Shown here piece after piece: positions 10,608 to 19,942 of a stretch of 37,192 nucleotides of DNA. Within the stretch, counting starts at the first letter, position 1; every line of letters begins with the position of its first letter. This stretch comes from an uncultured Gammaproteobacteria bacterium (lineage in GTDB: Bacteria > Pseudomonadota > Gammaproteobacteria > JADZEE01): NCBI GenBank assembly GCA_964493555.1, contig CAZBOQ010000199.1, positions 1 through 37,192 on the forward strand, in the 5' to 3' direction. The notes under the pieces are model-generated. The model made no database searches, was not told the DNA's origin, and saw only the letters and a program-made list of their open reading frames with translations. The position numbers were made by a program, and so were the translations under genes.

Positions 10608-11762
10608 TTATTTTGTCTGATTCGTAACCCGCTGGTACGCCCAGGTTATCCAGGGTAACAACGCTTCGATATCTTCAACGTCGATAGTAGCACCCGCCCA
10701 CAGGCGCAGACCCGGCGGAGCATCCCGATAGGCATTAATGTCGTAGGCGACCTCCTCAGCCTCAAGCAATCCGACCAACGCTTTCACCTTATCGCGTTGA
10801 TCGCGCTCCGAAAGTGCCGCAAAAACCGGCTCCGTAATGCTCAAACAGACTGAGGTGGAGGAACGCCATTCGGTCTTCGCCGCTAGGAAGTCTACCCAGT
10901 TCGTGGCATCAACCCATCTAGCGATCGCCGCGAGGTTGTCCCGCGAGCGCCGGATTAAAGCCGGCCCGCCACCGATTGCCTCGGCCCACTTCAGCCCATC
11001 CAAATGATCTTCGACGCATAACATTGACGGCGTATTAATGGTGTTGCCGGAAAATATCTCGTCATTCAGCTTGCCACCCTTAGTTAATCGAAATAACTTG
11101 GGCATCGGCCACGGGGGTTGATAGGATTCGAGTCGTTCGACCGCGCGTGGGCTCAATATCAAAACACCATGGGCGGCCTCGCCACCCATAACCTTCTGCC
11201 ACGAGTAAGTGACAACATCGAGTTTTTTCCACGGTAGGCTCATCGCAAATGCCGCCGAAGTAGCATCACATATCGTGATCCCAGTGCGCTCCGCGGCGAT
11301 CCAGTCCCCGTTCGGAATACAAACACCCGAGGTCGTACCATTCCAGACAAAAACGGTATCGCGCGCGGGGTCGACTATGTCCAGATCCGATAACTGACCA
11401 TAGTCCGCTTCAATACAGCGTATATCCTCCAGTCGCAACTGTTTGACAATATCGGTGATCCACCCCTGGCTGAAACTCTCCCACGCGAGCACGTCGACGC
11501 CGCGTTGCCCCAGCATCGACCACAACGCCATCTCCACCGCGCCCGTGTCGGAACCAGGTACGATGCCGATGCGATAATCATTCGGGATCCCCAGTAGTTT
11601 TCGGGAACGGTCCATAGTCTCCTGTATCCGGGCTTTACCCGTTTTAGACCGGTGCGAACGGCCCAGGCAAGCACTATCCAATACCTCAACCGACCAACCC
11701 GGCCGTTTGGCACAGGGTCCGGATGAAAAAAACGGCCGCGCGGGCCGTTCGGTAGGCTTCAT
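10608..11762 (-). CDS. serC: Phosphoserine aminotransferase, alphaproteobacterial/Methanosarcina type
   Basis: [31 protein letters not shown] (PLP lysine), TINTPSML and [13 protein letters not shown] motifs. Directly upstream of serA. Start at 11762 or 11780. Confidence 0.93.
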   Translation of the reverse strand: MKPTERPARPFFSSGPCAKRPGWSVEVLDSACLGRSHRSKTGKARIQETMDRSRKLLGIPNDYRIGIVPGSDTGAVEMALWSMLGQRGVDVLAWESFSQGWITDIVKQLRLEDIRCIEADYGQLSDLDIVDPARDTVFVWNGTTSGVCIPNGDWIAAERTGITICDATSAAFAMSLPWKKLDVVTYSWQKVMGGEAAHGVLILSPRAVERLESYQPPWPMPKLFRLTKGGKLNDEIFSGNTINTPSMLCVEDHLDGLKWAEAIGGGPALIRRSRDNLAAIARWVDATNWVDFLAAKTEWRSSTSVCLSITEPVFAALSERDQRDKVKALVGLLEAEEVAYDINAYRDAPPGLRLWAGATIDVEDIEALLPWITWAYQRVTNQTK

Positions 11763-11933
11763 GTTGTAGATTGCCCCCATTGTGAGTCAATAAAGGTGCC
11801 GGACATCTTTCATTGCGACACTTTGCTTCGGAAGGAGCATTTTAGAGGGCAGCGCTGCAAAAACAAAGAAAAGGGGATCTGAGCACTACGCGATGCCTTC
11901 CTCCTGCCCCGTGCAACTGCCTTCTCCCCGGAC

Positions 11934-11961
11934 ATAAAAGAGCCCCGTCAGCAGGCGGGGC
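11934..11961 (-). terminator. Rho-independent terminator
   Basis: GCCCCG-N8-CGGGGC stem followed by TCTTTT on the minus strand. Confidence 0.6.
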
Positions 11962-11966
11962 AAGGT

Positions 11967-12152
11967 TTATATGACTAAGAGCACGTCGTAAGTTTGTTCG
12001 ACAAACTGTCTAAAAGCGCAAGGAACCTCCAGCCAGACAATGGTGGTTGACGTGATATCCGAATCTGGCTCAAGCGTCCTCAGGCACACCCCGATCATGA
12101 ACACCACGATAATAACGGACAAGGGCAAGCGGAGCGATGCGCAAAATTGCAT
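11967..12152 (-). CDS. Possible 61-aa small membrane protein
   Basis: Hydrophobic helix LPLSVIIVVFMIGVCL, GGAGGA about 13 nt upstream of the ATG, and a terminator directly after the stop. Confidence 0.35.
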   Translation of the reverse strand: MQFCASLRLPLSVIIVVFMIGVCLRTLEPDSDITSTTIVWLEVPCAFRQFVEQTYDVLLVI

Positions 12153-12497
12153 TGGCGCAGCCCGATCCTCCAATACGTTTCGGGTTCGTTTTATTAAGTT
12201 AGCAATTATCGGATAAAGATCCGTATAGTTTTGAGTTGCGAACAGTTTCTGGAAAACGCGGTTCCTGCGAAGACACGATCTATAAAGTTCTTCGACAATG
12301 CGTGGACACAACATTTTGGCGGATTACTTATATTTCTATTAAAGATCAACCGTCTATTAGAAATACGCTGACCATTGAGCTCCTCGACATCTGTAAAATT
12401 TCTTAACAAATTCGCGCCTAAGTGACGAATTGGCGTTGAGCGCGTAAAACCTTGAGTAATATTTTTTTTAAAAATTCTGTGATTAAACTCACAATTT

Positions 12498-15400
12498 TCA
12501 ATGAAAGTCTCGGGAGCAAGTGATGAGCCTACCGAGCAAACCTGTGTGATCCTGTAGATCCCGAGCAATGACATGTAAAACCTCGCCTTCGCGCTGTACT
12601 TCACCAGTGACCCCGAGTAAACGAGCACCAAGCAGGACCTGGCGCTGCGCCTCCACCAGGGAGCTCCAGACGATCAAGTTGATATATCCACTTTCGTCCT
12701 CCAATGTCACGAATACCATCCCTGTTGCGGTGCCCGGTCGCTGACGGGCGATTACCAGCCCGGCAGTGCGTACCTCATCGCCGTGCGCGATCCCTCGAAG
12801 CCCTATCGCACTGACTATCCCCAGTGCATCAAAATGTTTGCGGAGCAGCTCCACCGGATGGCGCCGCAAGGTCAATCCAACACTCGCATAATCAGCAACG
12901 ACATCCTCGCCTTCCGTCGGTCGTTTCAATAATGGCGTCGCCTCATTGAAACGCGGCGTCTCGAATATCGGCAACGCTCCCTCAATCCCCAACACTTGCC
13001 AACGCGCCTGATGGCGATTGCCGGCCAACCCAGCAATCGCATCGGCCGCAGCCAATGCCTCCATATCCTTATTGTTGAGTGCGGCCCGGCGAGCCATGTC
13101 TTGCACGTCGGTAAATGGTATAGCTGAGCGTGCTGTTACCAACGCTTCTGCGCCTTTCTCGGAAAGACCTTTAATTCTGTTGAGACCCAGACGTAGTGCT
13201 GGGACAGTCCTCTTTTTCCCTAAAAATGGGGCATTGTTCAAATTTTTTGCTGAACAATGAGACAGTCCCTGGAGCATCTCCAGAGTACTTTCCCAATCGC
13301 TATGCCGGACATCCACAGGCAGCACCTCGACACCGTGGCGTTGGACATCTTGAACGAGCTGGGCGGGCGCGTAAACACCCATCGGCAGACTGGTTAAAAG
13401 CGCGAAGGTAAATACAGCCGTTTCGGGACATTTAAGCCAAGCGGAAACATAGGCGATTAACGCGAAGCTTGCGGAGTGCGATTCAGGAAAGCCGTATTCA
13501 CCGAAGCCCAGAATCTGCTGGAAGATCTGACGCGCAAACTTCTCCGAATATCCACGCGCGCTCATACCATCTACCAAACGTTTTTCAAAAGGTTCCAACC
13601 CACCGTTGCGGCGCCAACTCCCCATAGAGCGGCGTAAGCGATCCGCTTCACCTGGGGTAAAACCAGCGGCTACCATTGCGAGCTTAATAACTTGCTCTTG
13701 AAAAAGCGGCACCCCCAGCGTTCGTTCCAAAACACTGCGCACTGCCTCGGAGGGATAACTCACAGCTTCTAAACCCTCGCGACGACGAAGATACGGATGA
13801 ACCATCTCTCCCTGGATCGGACCGGGACGAATGATTGCCACCTCGATTACTAAATCGTAATAGCAGACCGGTTTGAGCCGAGGCAACATCGCCATTTGCG
13901 CGCGCGACTCAATCTGAAACACGCCCACCGTATCACCTCGTTGGATCATCGCGTAAGTATCAGGATCCTCTTCTGGTACATTCGCCATCGAATAAGGCTG
14001 GCCGCGCAATATCTCGAGCAGATCAAAACACCGGTGGATGGTGGTGAGCATCCCCAGGGCCAGACAATCGACTTTGAGCAGTCTCAGTGCCTCAAGATCA
14101 TCTTTATCCCATTGAATCACCGTACGTTCGGCCATGCTTGCGTTTTCTACGGGTACGAGCTGGGACAAAGCCCTCTCAGAAATTATGAACCCTCCGACGT
14201 GTTGTGAGAGATGCCGGGGGAATCCTATCAACATACTCACTATCGAAATGAGACGCTTAATCAGCGCTGTATCCGGATCGAATCCGACCTCGCGCAAGCG
14301 CTCTGTATCCACGCGTTTACCGTCCCACCAGCAAATGTTCTTGGCTAAGCGATCGACTTGTTCCAAGCTCATCCCGAGCGCTTTGCCAACATCGCGGATC
14401 GCACTCTTTGCTCGATAAGTAATCACCGTCGCAACAATAGCTGCACGCGCACGGCCGTATTTTTTATAGATGTACTGGATAACTTCTTCGCGCCGCTCAT
14501 GCTCGAAATCGACATCGATATCGGGCGGTTCATTACGCTCCTTGGAAAGGAACCGTTCGAACAGCATCTCCATACGCCCTGGATCAACCTCAGTGATGCC
14601 TAGACAAAAACAAACTGCTGAATTGGCCGCCGAGCCACGTCCCTGACAGAGGATTTTCTGCCTGCGAGCAAAACATACGATATCGTAGACCGTAAGGAAA
14701 AAGGGCTCGTAGCAGAGCTCTTCGATTAATTTGAGTTCGTGTTCTAGTTGCGTACTAACGTTGCTCGGGACACCTTCAGACCAGCGCCGACGCGCGCCCT
14801 CCTCGGTAAGCTCGCGCAGATACTGACTCGGAGTCTGTCCTTGAGGCACCAACTCTTGGGGATATTCATAGCGCAATTCATCGAGCGAGAATTGGCACCG
14901 CGATGCGATCTTCAATGTCTCGGCAAGTAACTCTGCTGGATAGACCCTTGCGAGTAACTCATAGCGGCGCAAATGCCGCTCACCGTTGGCATGTAACGTA
15001 CAACCTAGTGTTTTGACTTCCACGCCGAGGCGAATAGCGGTCAGCGTATCCTGCAACACGCGACGCTCGCGCACATGCATATGCACGTCGCCCGCCGCAA
15101 CCATGGGTAAACCCAATGCGAAACTTGCTTTTTGTATCGCCTGCAAACGACGTTGATCGTGGCCATCAAGAAACAACTCGACGGCTAGCCAGGTGCGACC
15201 AGGAAAACGTGCCGCCAACCAATCTGCGTCGGCAAACAATGTGTCTATATTAGCCGTGTGACTCATTGTAGGGATGAGTAAGGCGAGACAACCAGATAAT
15301 CCGACATCGAGATCCTGCCGACACAAACGGTAAGCACCTTTCTCTGCTGCTCGTCGGCCCTGGGTGATCAACGCAGAGAGACAACCATAAGATCTTCGAT

Positions 15401-15644
15401 CGGTGGCGAGCAAGACCAGTCGCGGCCCATCGAACAGACAGATTTCGCTACCGACGATGAGTTCGAGACCACATTGTTTCGCTGCAACATGCGCCCGCAC
15501 CAGTCCGGCGAAAGAACATTCATCGGTCAGTGCCAAGCTGCGGTAACCGAGGTGGTGGGCCTGTTCGACCAGTTCCTCTGGATGCGAAGCACCGCGCAGG
15601 AATGTAAAATTACTCAGGCAATGAAGTTCAGCATAGCCAGGCAT
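12498..15644 (-). CDS. dnaE2: Error-prone DNA polymerase DnaE2 (ImuC)
   Basis: YAELHCLSNFTFLRGASHPEEL, GRGSAANS, PPDIDVDFEHERREEVIQY and FGEYGFPESH motifs, and the C-terminal SRDFH signature. Confidence 0.97.
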   Translation of the reverse strand: MPGYAELHCLSNFTFLRGASHPEELVEQAHHLGYRSLALTDECSFAGLVRAHVAAKQCGLELIVGSEICLFDGPRLVLLATDRRSYGCLSALITQGRRAAEKGAYRLCRQDLDVGLSGCLALLIPTMSHTANIDTLFADADWLAARFPGRTWLAVELFLDGHDQRRLQAIQKASFALGLPMVAAGDVHMHVRERRVLQDTLTAIRLGVEVKTLGCTLHANGERHLRRYELLARVYPAELLAETLKIASRCQFSLDELRYEYPQELVPQGQTPSQYLRELTEEGARRRWSEGVPSNVSTQLEHELKLIEELCYEPFFLTVYDIVCFARRQKILCQGRGSAANSAVCFCLGITEVDPGRMEMLFERFLSKERNEPPDIDVDFEHERREEVIQYIYKKYGRARAAIVATVITYRAKSAIRDVGKALGMSLEQVDRLAKNICWWDGKRVDTERLREVGFDPDTALIKRLISIVSMLIGFPRHLSQHVGGFIISERALSQLVPVENASMAERTVIQWDKDDLEALRLLKVDCLALGMLTTIHRCFDLLEILRGQPYSMANVPEEDPDTYAMIQRGDTVGVFQIESRAQMAMLPRLKPVCYYDLVIEVAIIRPGPIQGEMVHPYLRRREGLEAVSYPSEAVRSVLERTLGVPLFQEQVIKLAMVAAGFTPGEADRLRRSMGSWRRNGGLEPFEKRLVDGMSARGYSEKFARQIFQQILGFGEYGFPESHSASFALIAYVSAWLKCPETAVFTFALLTSLPMGVYAPAQLVQDVQRHGVEVLPVDVRHSDWESTLEMLQGLSHCSAKNLNNAPFLGKKRTVPALRLGLNRIKGLSEKGAEALVTARSAIPFTDVQDMARRAALNNKDMEALAAADAIAGLAGNRHQARWQVLGIEGALPIFETPRFNEATPLLKRPTEGEDVVADYASVGLTLRRHPVELLRKHFDALGIVSAIGLRGIAHGDEVRTAGLVIARQRPGTATGMVFVTLEDESGYINLIVWSSLVEAQRQVLLGARLLGVTGEVQREGEVLHVIARDLQDHTGLLGRLITCSRDFH

Positions 15645-15767
15645 AGTATGGAAAGCTCATAATGTTATTTTATCCAGTGTTCTAATGAGCAGAGGACCCT
15701 CTATCCCTCTGGGACAATCAGCTGTTCGTTTATAGCCTGAACAATGCCAAGGCTCTTTGAATAAGAT

Positions 15768-17210
15768 TTACTCGAAGACACCATGCAAAAACCACCGCTG
15801 CCGACTACCCAAGTCACGAAAAATCCAGTAATGGCTTCCATAGACGTTGCTGGCAATGAAATAGTCACGTTCTACATCATGTCCGTCCCACCAACCCGCT
15901 TCGATACGTTCCACCTGGGACGCGAATTTCAGGTGACCATGTAAGTGGGGTTTGCCGTCTACTGTTTCCAGCGGCACTGGATGCGGTATCAACCATAGAG
16001 GACGATTGTTAACGTCCATCTGCGGACCAAGTTCACCGGGCATGCAAGTTCGCCACGCGTACTCCGGCCGATGCTCTGCCACCAGGCATACGCCGGTGAT
16101 AGCATCTGCACCGAGACGCGCGCGCAAGCGCTCAATCAGGGTGTCGCCATCCCCTTGATTGATCTTTTCTGGGTAAAACAAATCCTGGTTTAATTCGTTT
16201 ACTTGCAATATATCCTCGACCTCGAGTACCAACACCTCTACTGGTGCAGGCAAAGTAAAATTCTCCAGTCGCTCACGCAACAGCATTAGCAAATGATTGA
16301 GCTCAGATCTGGGACTCTGCAAGCCAACCGACAAATTACTGGCCTCGCCGTCACGATGTATGAACTGCCATTCAAGGCGCTGCACACCGCTCACGTGCGC
16401 TCGTAAAAAACCTATCAACTCCAATAACTGTCGGCGAGCGACGAACAGCAGGGCTTCCGTTTTAATAACCTCATAAGGTAACTCCACTCGGCTTATAAAC
16501 CGGGGTGGCAACTCGAAGTAAGACCTTGGATCGGCTCGGCGCCCAAGCGCCTGATCAAGTTGTTGCAAGATGTACGGATTGATACGCCGGGCAAGCCCAT
16601 CACGCGGCAAACGTTGCAATTGTCCTATCTGGTGCACCCCCATCCCGCGTAGTGAAGCTAGCGGCTTAGAGCCCGATTCCAACAAACTCAAATCTAAATC
16701 AGCGAGTTCAGCAGACAACTGTTCCTCGCCAAAGACATGCACGCTTTTCCCCGACTTCGCTAACCAACTTGCAGCCAAGGGAGTCGGCGCGCTTGCCAGA
16801 GAGATACAGTAATCAAGTCCTGCGACACCTGTAGCGATCTTAGTACACAACGCTTCGAGCCCACCGAACAATGCCAGACTACCACCGACCTCCAATAACA
16901 GACTCGCCGGCGGTGCAATATGGATCATCGATGTGAACTGACCACTCCAAACAGCAAGCCGCTCGAGTGCTGCTGATTCCGCTTGCGAGTTGCGCTCGAA
17001 GATTTCTATATCTGATAGTGCATGCGCGGCACCAAGGCCCATCCCCGGAACGATCCCCAGCGCCCGAGCAGCGTCATTACAAGTGAAGATCCACTGATGC
17101 CGACTCGAACCGGTTACGATCGCACGCGGCGAAACCTGGCCATCCTCTTGCTCTTCAAAGGTGAAAATTTCTAAAGGTAAATCAGGAAAATGCAGACATA
17201 GCCAGTGCAT
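15768..17210 (-). CDS. imuB: ImuB, inactive Y-family polymerase homologue
   Basis: WLCLHFPDLPLE start, LLEVGGSLALFGG, LIERLRARLG, HRPE, RPLWL and ERIEAGWWD..RDYF motifs. Lies between imuA and dnaE2. Confidence 0.93.
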   Translation of the reverse strand: MHWLCLHFPDLPLEIFTFEEQEDGQVSPRAIVTGSSRHQWIFTCNDAARALGIVPGMGLGAAHALSDIEIFERNSQAESAALERLAVWSGQFTSMIHIAPPASLLLEVGGSLALFGGLEALCTKIATGVAGLDYCISLASAPTPLAASWLAKSGKSVHVFGEEQLSAELADLDLSLLESGSKPLASLRGMGVHQIGQLQRLPRDGLARRINPYILQQLDQALGRRADPRSYFELPPRFISRVELPYEVIKTEALLFVARRQLLELIGFLRAHVSGVQRLEWQFIHRDGEASNLSVGLQSPRSELNHLLMLLRERLENFTLPAPVEVLVLEVEDILQVNELNQDLFYPEKINQGDGDTLIERLRARLGADAITGVCLVAEHRPEYAWRTCMPGELGPQMDVNNRPLWLIPHPVPLETVDGKPHLHGHLKFASQVERIEAGWWDGHDVERDYFIASNVYGSHYWIFRDLGSRQRWFLHGVFE

Positions 17211-17213
17211 CGT

Positions 17214-17819
17214 TCATAGTCGCAAAACACACTCCCCCGCTGGCCACCCACCCCGGCATTTGAGAATCTTGACGTTTACACCACTGTCTATGGCGGTAAG
17301 TTTCAAACGTAAGGCCGCTAGTGAAACATCATCCGGGGCACGCTGTGAACGAAACACGACACCCATGGCATCACCCGCCTCCGCAGCCAACTGCAAACGT
17401 CGCAGGCTGGCAGGATCCGTATAGGGTAGCCAAGCAAATACCGCACTGCAGGTACCGGAGCACAGGGCCTGCTCAAAAGCCCATAATCTATCTCTTCCAT
17501 CCCGATCGTGGACCACCAGTATTCGCGAAAGATCCACCCCCCGGCGGGCAAATGCTGGCGCATAAGGGATGTAAGGAGGAGCAATAAACACCAACCAGCG
17601 TTTGTCACCACTCAAGCGTGCCATTGCCGGCACCAACAAACGTATCGCACCAACGCCTTCCCGCTCCGTCAAGATCTCGGTCAAAGCGCCCCGCGGCCAA
17701 CCTCGTTCCGGCAGCAATTTATCCAGAGCTTCAAATCCGCTGGATACTCCTTGAACGCGAAGGACAAGGTCCTTAGCGCGCCAAATATCGGCACTCTCTA
17801 TTACTGACTCGAGATTCAT
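17214..17819 (-). CDS. imuA: ImuA, RecA/SulA-like translesion accessory protein
   Basis: [33 protein letters not shown] and [11 protein letters not shown] motifs. Overlaps the lexA stop by 4 nt. Confidence 0.93.
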   Translation of the reverse strand: MNLESVIESADIWRAKDLVLRVQGVSSGFEALDKLLPERGWPRGALTEILTEREGVGAIRLLVPAMARLSGDKRWLVFIAPPYIPYAPAFARRGVDLSRILVVHDRDGRDRLWAFEQALCSGTCSAVFAWLPYTDPASLRRLQLAAEAGDAMGVVFRSQRAPDDVSLAALRLKLTAIDSGVNVKILKCRGGWPAGECVLRL

Positions 17820-18427
17820 AAGGGTATTTTATTTCGTAGGATCCCAACTCCGAGACCTTCGATGACCAAGGGCGTCTCGCGTAAATCAATTTCGATGGAA
17901 TTGAATTCAGAATTCTCAGCAAGCAAACGCACACGATTACCGCGACGACGAAATCGCTTAACGGTAACCTCATCGTCTATTCTCGCAACGACGATCTGAC
18001 CATTAACTGCTTCTCGACTGGCATGCACCGCCAGCAAGTCGCCATCGAGGATCCCCACATCGCGCATACTCATGCCATTCACGCGCAGTAGATAGTTGGC
18101 ATGCGGGCGAAACAACCCGGACTCAATCTGGTGATAATCCTCGATGTGCTGCTCAGCAAGGATCGGGGTTCCGGCAGCCACTCTCCCGATCACTGGGAGT
18201 CCTCGTTGGGATACATCAAGCAAGCGGATCCCCCGAGAGGAATCCGGCAGCAACTCGATTGCGCCCTTGCGCGCGAGGGCTTTCAGGTGATCCTGCGCCG
18301 CATTCGGTGAGCGAAAGCCCAACGCCTGACAGATCTCAGCACGGGTAGGTGGCATACCGGAATCGGTAATGAACTCTCGGATCCATTCAAGGATCTCGCT
18401 TTGGCGGGCAGTAAGCTTGATAGCCAT
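17816..18427 (-). CDS. lexA: SOS repressor LexA
   Basis: [26 protein letters not shown] helix-turn-helix, VAAG cleavage site, and catalytic Ser (GMSM) and Lys (VTVKRF). Confidence 0.98.
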   Translation of the reverse strand: MAIKLTARQSEILEWIREFITDSGMPPTRAEICQALGFRSPNAAQDHLKALARKGAIELLPDSSRGIRLLDVSQRGLPVIGRVAAGTPILAEQHIEDYHQIESGLFRPHANYLLRVNGMSMRDVGILDGDLLAVHASREAVNGQIVVARIDDEVTVKRFRRRGNRVRLLAENSEFNSIEIDLRETPLVIEGLGVGILRNKIPL

Positions 18428-18430
18428 TTC

Positions 18431-18468
18431 ACTATATATAATAACAGTTAACTGTTATTATATATAGT
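18431..18468. promoter_or_regulatory. Two SOS-like boxes forming a perfect 38-bp palindrome over the lexA promoter
   Basis: ACTATATATAATAACAGTT|AACTGTTATTATATATAGT. Boxes are CTAT-N8-ACAG (18432-18447) and CTGT-N8-ATAG (18452-18467), each one mismatch from CTGT-N8-ACAG. Confidence 0.85.
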
Positions 18469-18484
18469 ATTTATGGGATTACAA
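18457..18484 (-). promoter_or_regulatory. Putative sigma70 promoter of the lexA-imuA-imuB-dnaE2 operon
   Basis: Minus strand TTGTAA-N16-TATAAT, with the -10 element inside the distal SOS box. Confidence 0.55.
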
Positions 18485-18852
18485 ATTTTATAATTCATAT
18501 GCGTAAGAACCGCTCTAAAACTAGGCACCGACAAAGCCAAAGACCTCGTCCGTCAATTCGGCGAATACCCTCTACACCGATGAAGTTTTCGTGCAGATCA
18601 CATGTGTTGGGAGTACGCAATACACCTATGCGTTTAAAACCTTTACGTCGGAGGCGCTTCCCTCAAATTAAAACGAACTTAAGCGTTAGGCTGCACAGTC
18701 CAAATTTCACCAATCTAGTAAACAGGCACTATCGACCCTAAGCAAACTCTATCGAACACACCCCAACCCCACAGCGGAACCCCAAATTCCGTCTTTTTTT
18801 GACGGGTAACATTTCTTCCGAAAAACATTCCAGCGGATCGCTCCAGCTGATT

Positions 18853-19827
18853 CTATGCCCTGAGTGGGTCGTAATTAGTTTTGAGGGAGGCACGGCGCTC
18901 GGACACTCGTGCACCCCATTGCGATTCCAGTATGGCACTAATGTTGTCATGGACTCTGGTCTCGTCATCTTCATTCAGCAAGTCGCCACCAAAAAAATGC
19001 TCCACCCGATTACCGTAATTGTCGAACCAGTAATCGAAGATATTCGCAGCAGGCGTATGACGGCCGATACCCCACGAATGCTCATACTCTTTCAAATGAA
19101 GATACTCATGTCCGACAAACAGGGCATTGATGTCTTCCACCTCAAACGCTATATGGGCTAACCCTGGCTCTTTGGATTTGGTGAGCAGAAGACTGTGCTG
19201 GTCAACATAGTCTTTCCCCTTATCGCAGCGGTGAAAGACCAAACCTAGCTCACCATCGCTACCCGGAACAAACGCAATATCGGATTGCAGAAAGCCAAAA
19301 TGGGAATGGTAAAATTCATCCGCCGCGTCGCAATCGGACACGTTCAGGACAACATGTCCAAGCCGCAACACCGGGCAGGGGATTTTTTCAGCGCGTTGAA
19401 CGTCGCGGACCCGTGGGTGCCCGGGGCCGTGATCCGGGCCGATCAACTCATTAAGCGGTAGCGGTTCAAGCCTCACCTGTCCAAAGATAGTTTCGACCTG
19501 AAAGCCATTAGGGTCGGTCATCCGTACCCGGAAACCACCCCCCGGCTCATCGATCTCCTCGAGTGCGGAGGCGCCATCCGCCTCCGAGAGCTTCTCCAGA
19601 TCAGCCATATTATTTGCATTCAAGGCCATGCCGATAAACTGTGGTTCGTCAGCCAGGTGTGTAACGTGGAGGTGGTGATCGGGACCTGTGCCACGCATGT
19701 ACAGCGTCTGCTCATCGCGGTGTTGCCGAGTTAGCCCGAAATCGAGGAGAAATGACTCCATCTGGTCTAAATCCGGGGCCGCAAAGCGCACGTAGGCAAC
19801 ATCGGTTACTTTTATTATCGGCATCAT
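18853..19827 (-). CDS. Two-domain VOC-family enzyme, extradiol dioxygenase-like (resembles the trihydroxytoluene oxygenase type)
   Basis: AYVRFAAPDL..FLLDFGL, RLGHVVL, HIAFEV and WGIGRH..NIFDYW-D--GNRVEH motifs, giving a His/His/Glu metal triad pattern. GAGGGA RBS. Confidence 0.8.
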   Translation of the reverse strand: MMPIIKVTDVAYVRFAAPDLDQMESFLLDFGLTRQHRDEQTLYMRGTGPDHHLHVTHLADEPQFIGMALNANNMADLEKLSEADGASALEEIDEPGGGFRVRMTDPNGFQVETIFGQVRLEPLPLNELIGPDHGPGHPRVRDVQRAEKIPCPVLRLGHVVLNVSDCDAADEFYHSHFGFLQSDIAFVPGSDGELGLVFHRCDKGKDYVDQHSLLLTKSKEPGLAHIAFEVEDINALFVGHEYLHLKEYEHSWGIGRHTPAANIFDYWFDNYGNRVEHFFGGDLLNEDDETRVHDNISAILESQWGARVSERRASLKTNYDPLRA

Positions 19828-19942
19828 TCCCTCTGAGGAATTAAATTTGTTGACATGCAATCATTCTGCGCAGATTCGTCTTCACGACTGTCCAGTTTTT
19901 GCTCGCACAAATATCGCTACAGACGAGTGTTAGCAAACCTCT

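Noticed and set aside
11763-11930. Alphaproteobacterial serC leader RNA
   Set aside because: I could not recognise the motif by eye. It would need an Rfam covariance search.
18499-18741. 80-aa basic ORF divergent from lexA
   Set aside because: No RBS, no recognisable motif and a composition typical of spurious ORFs.
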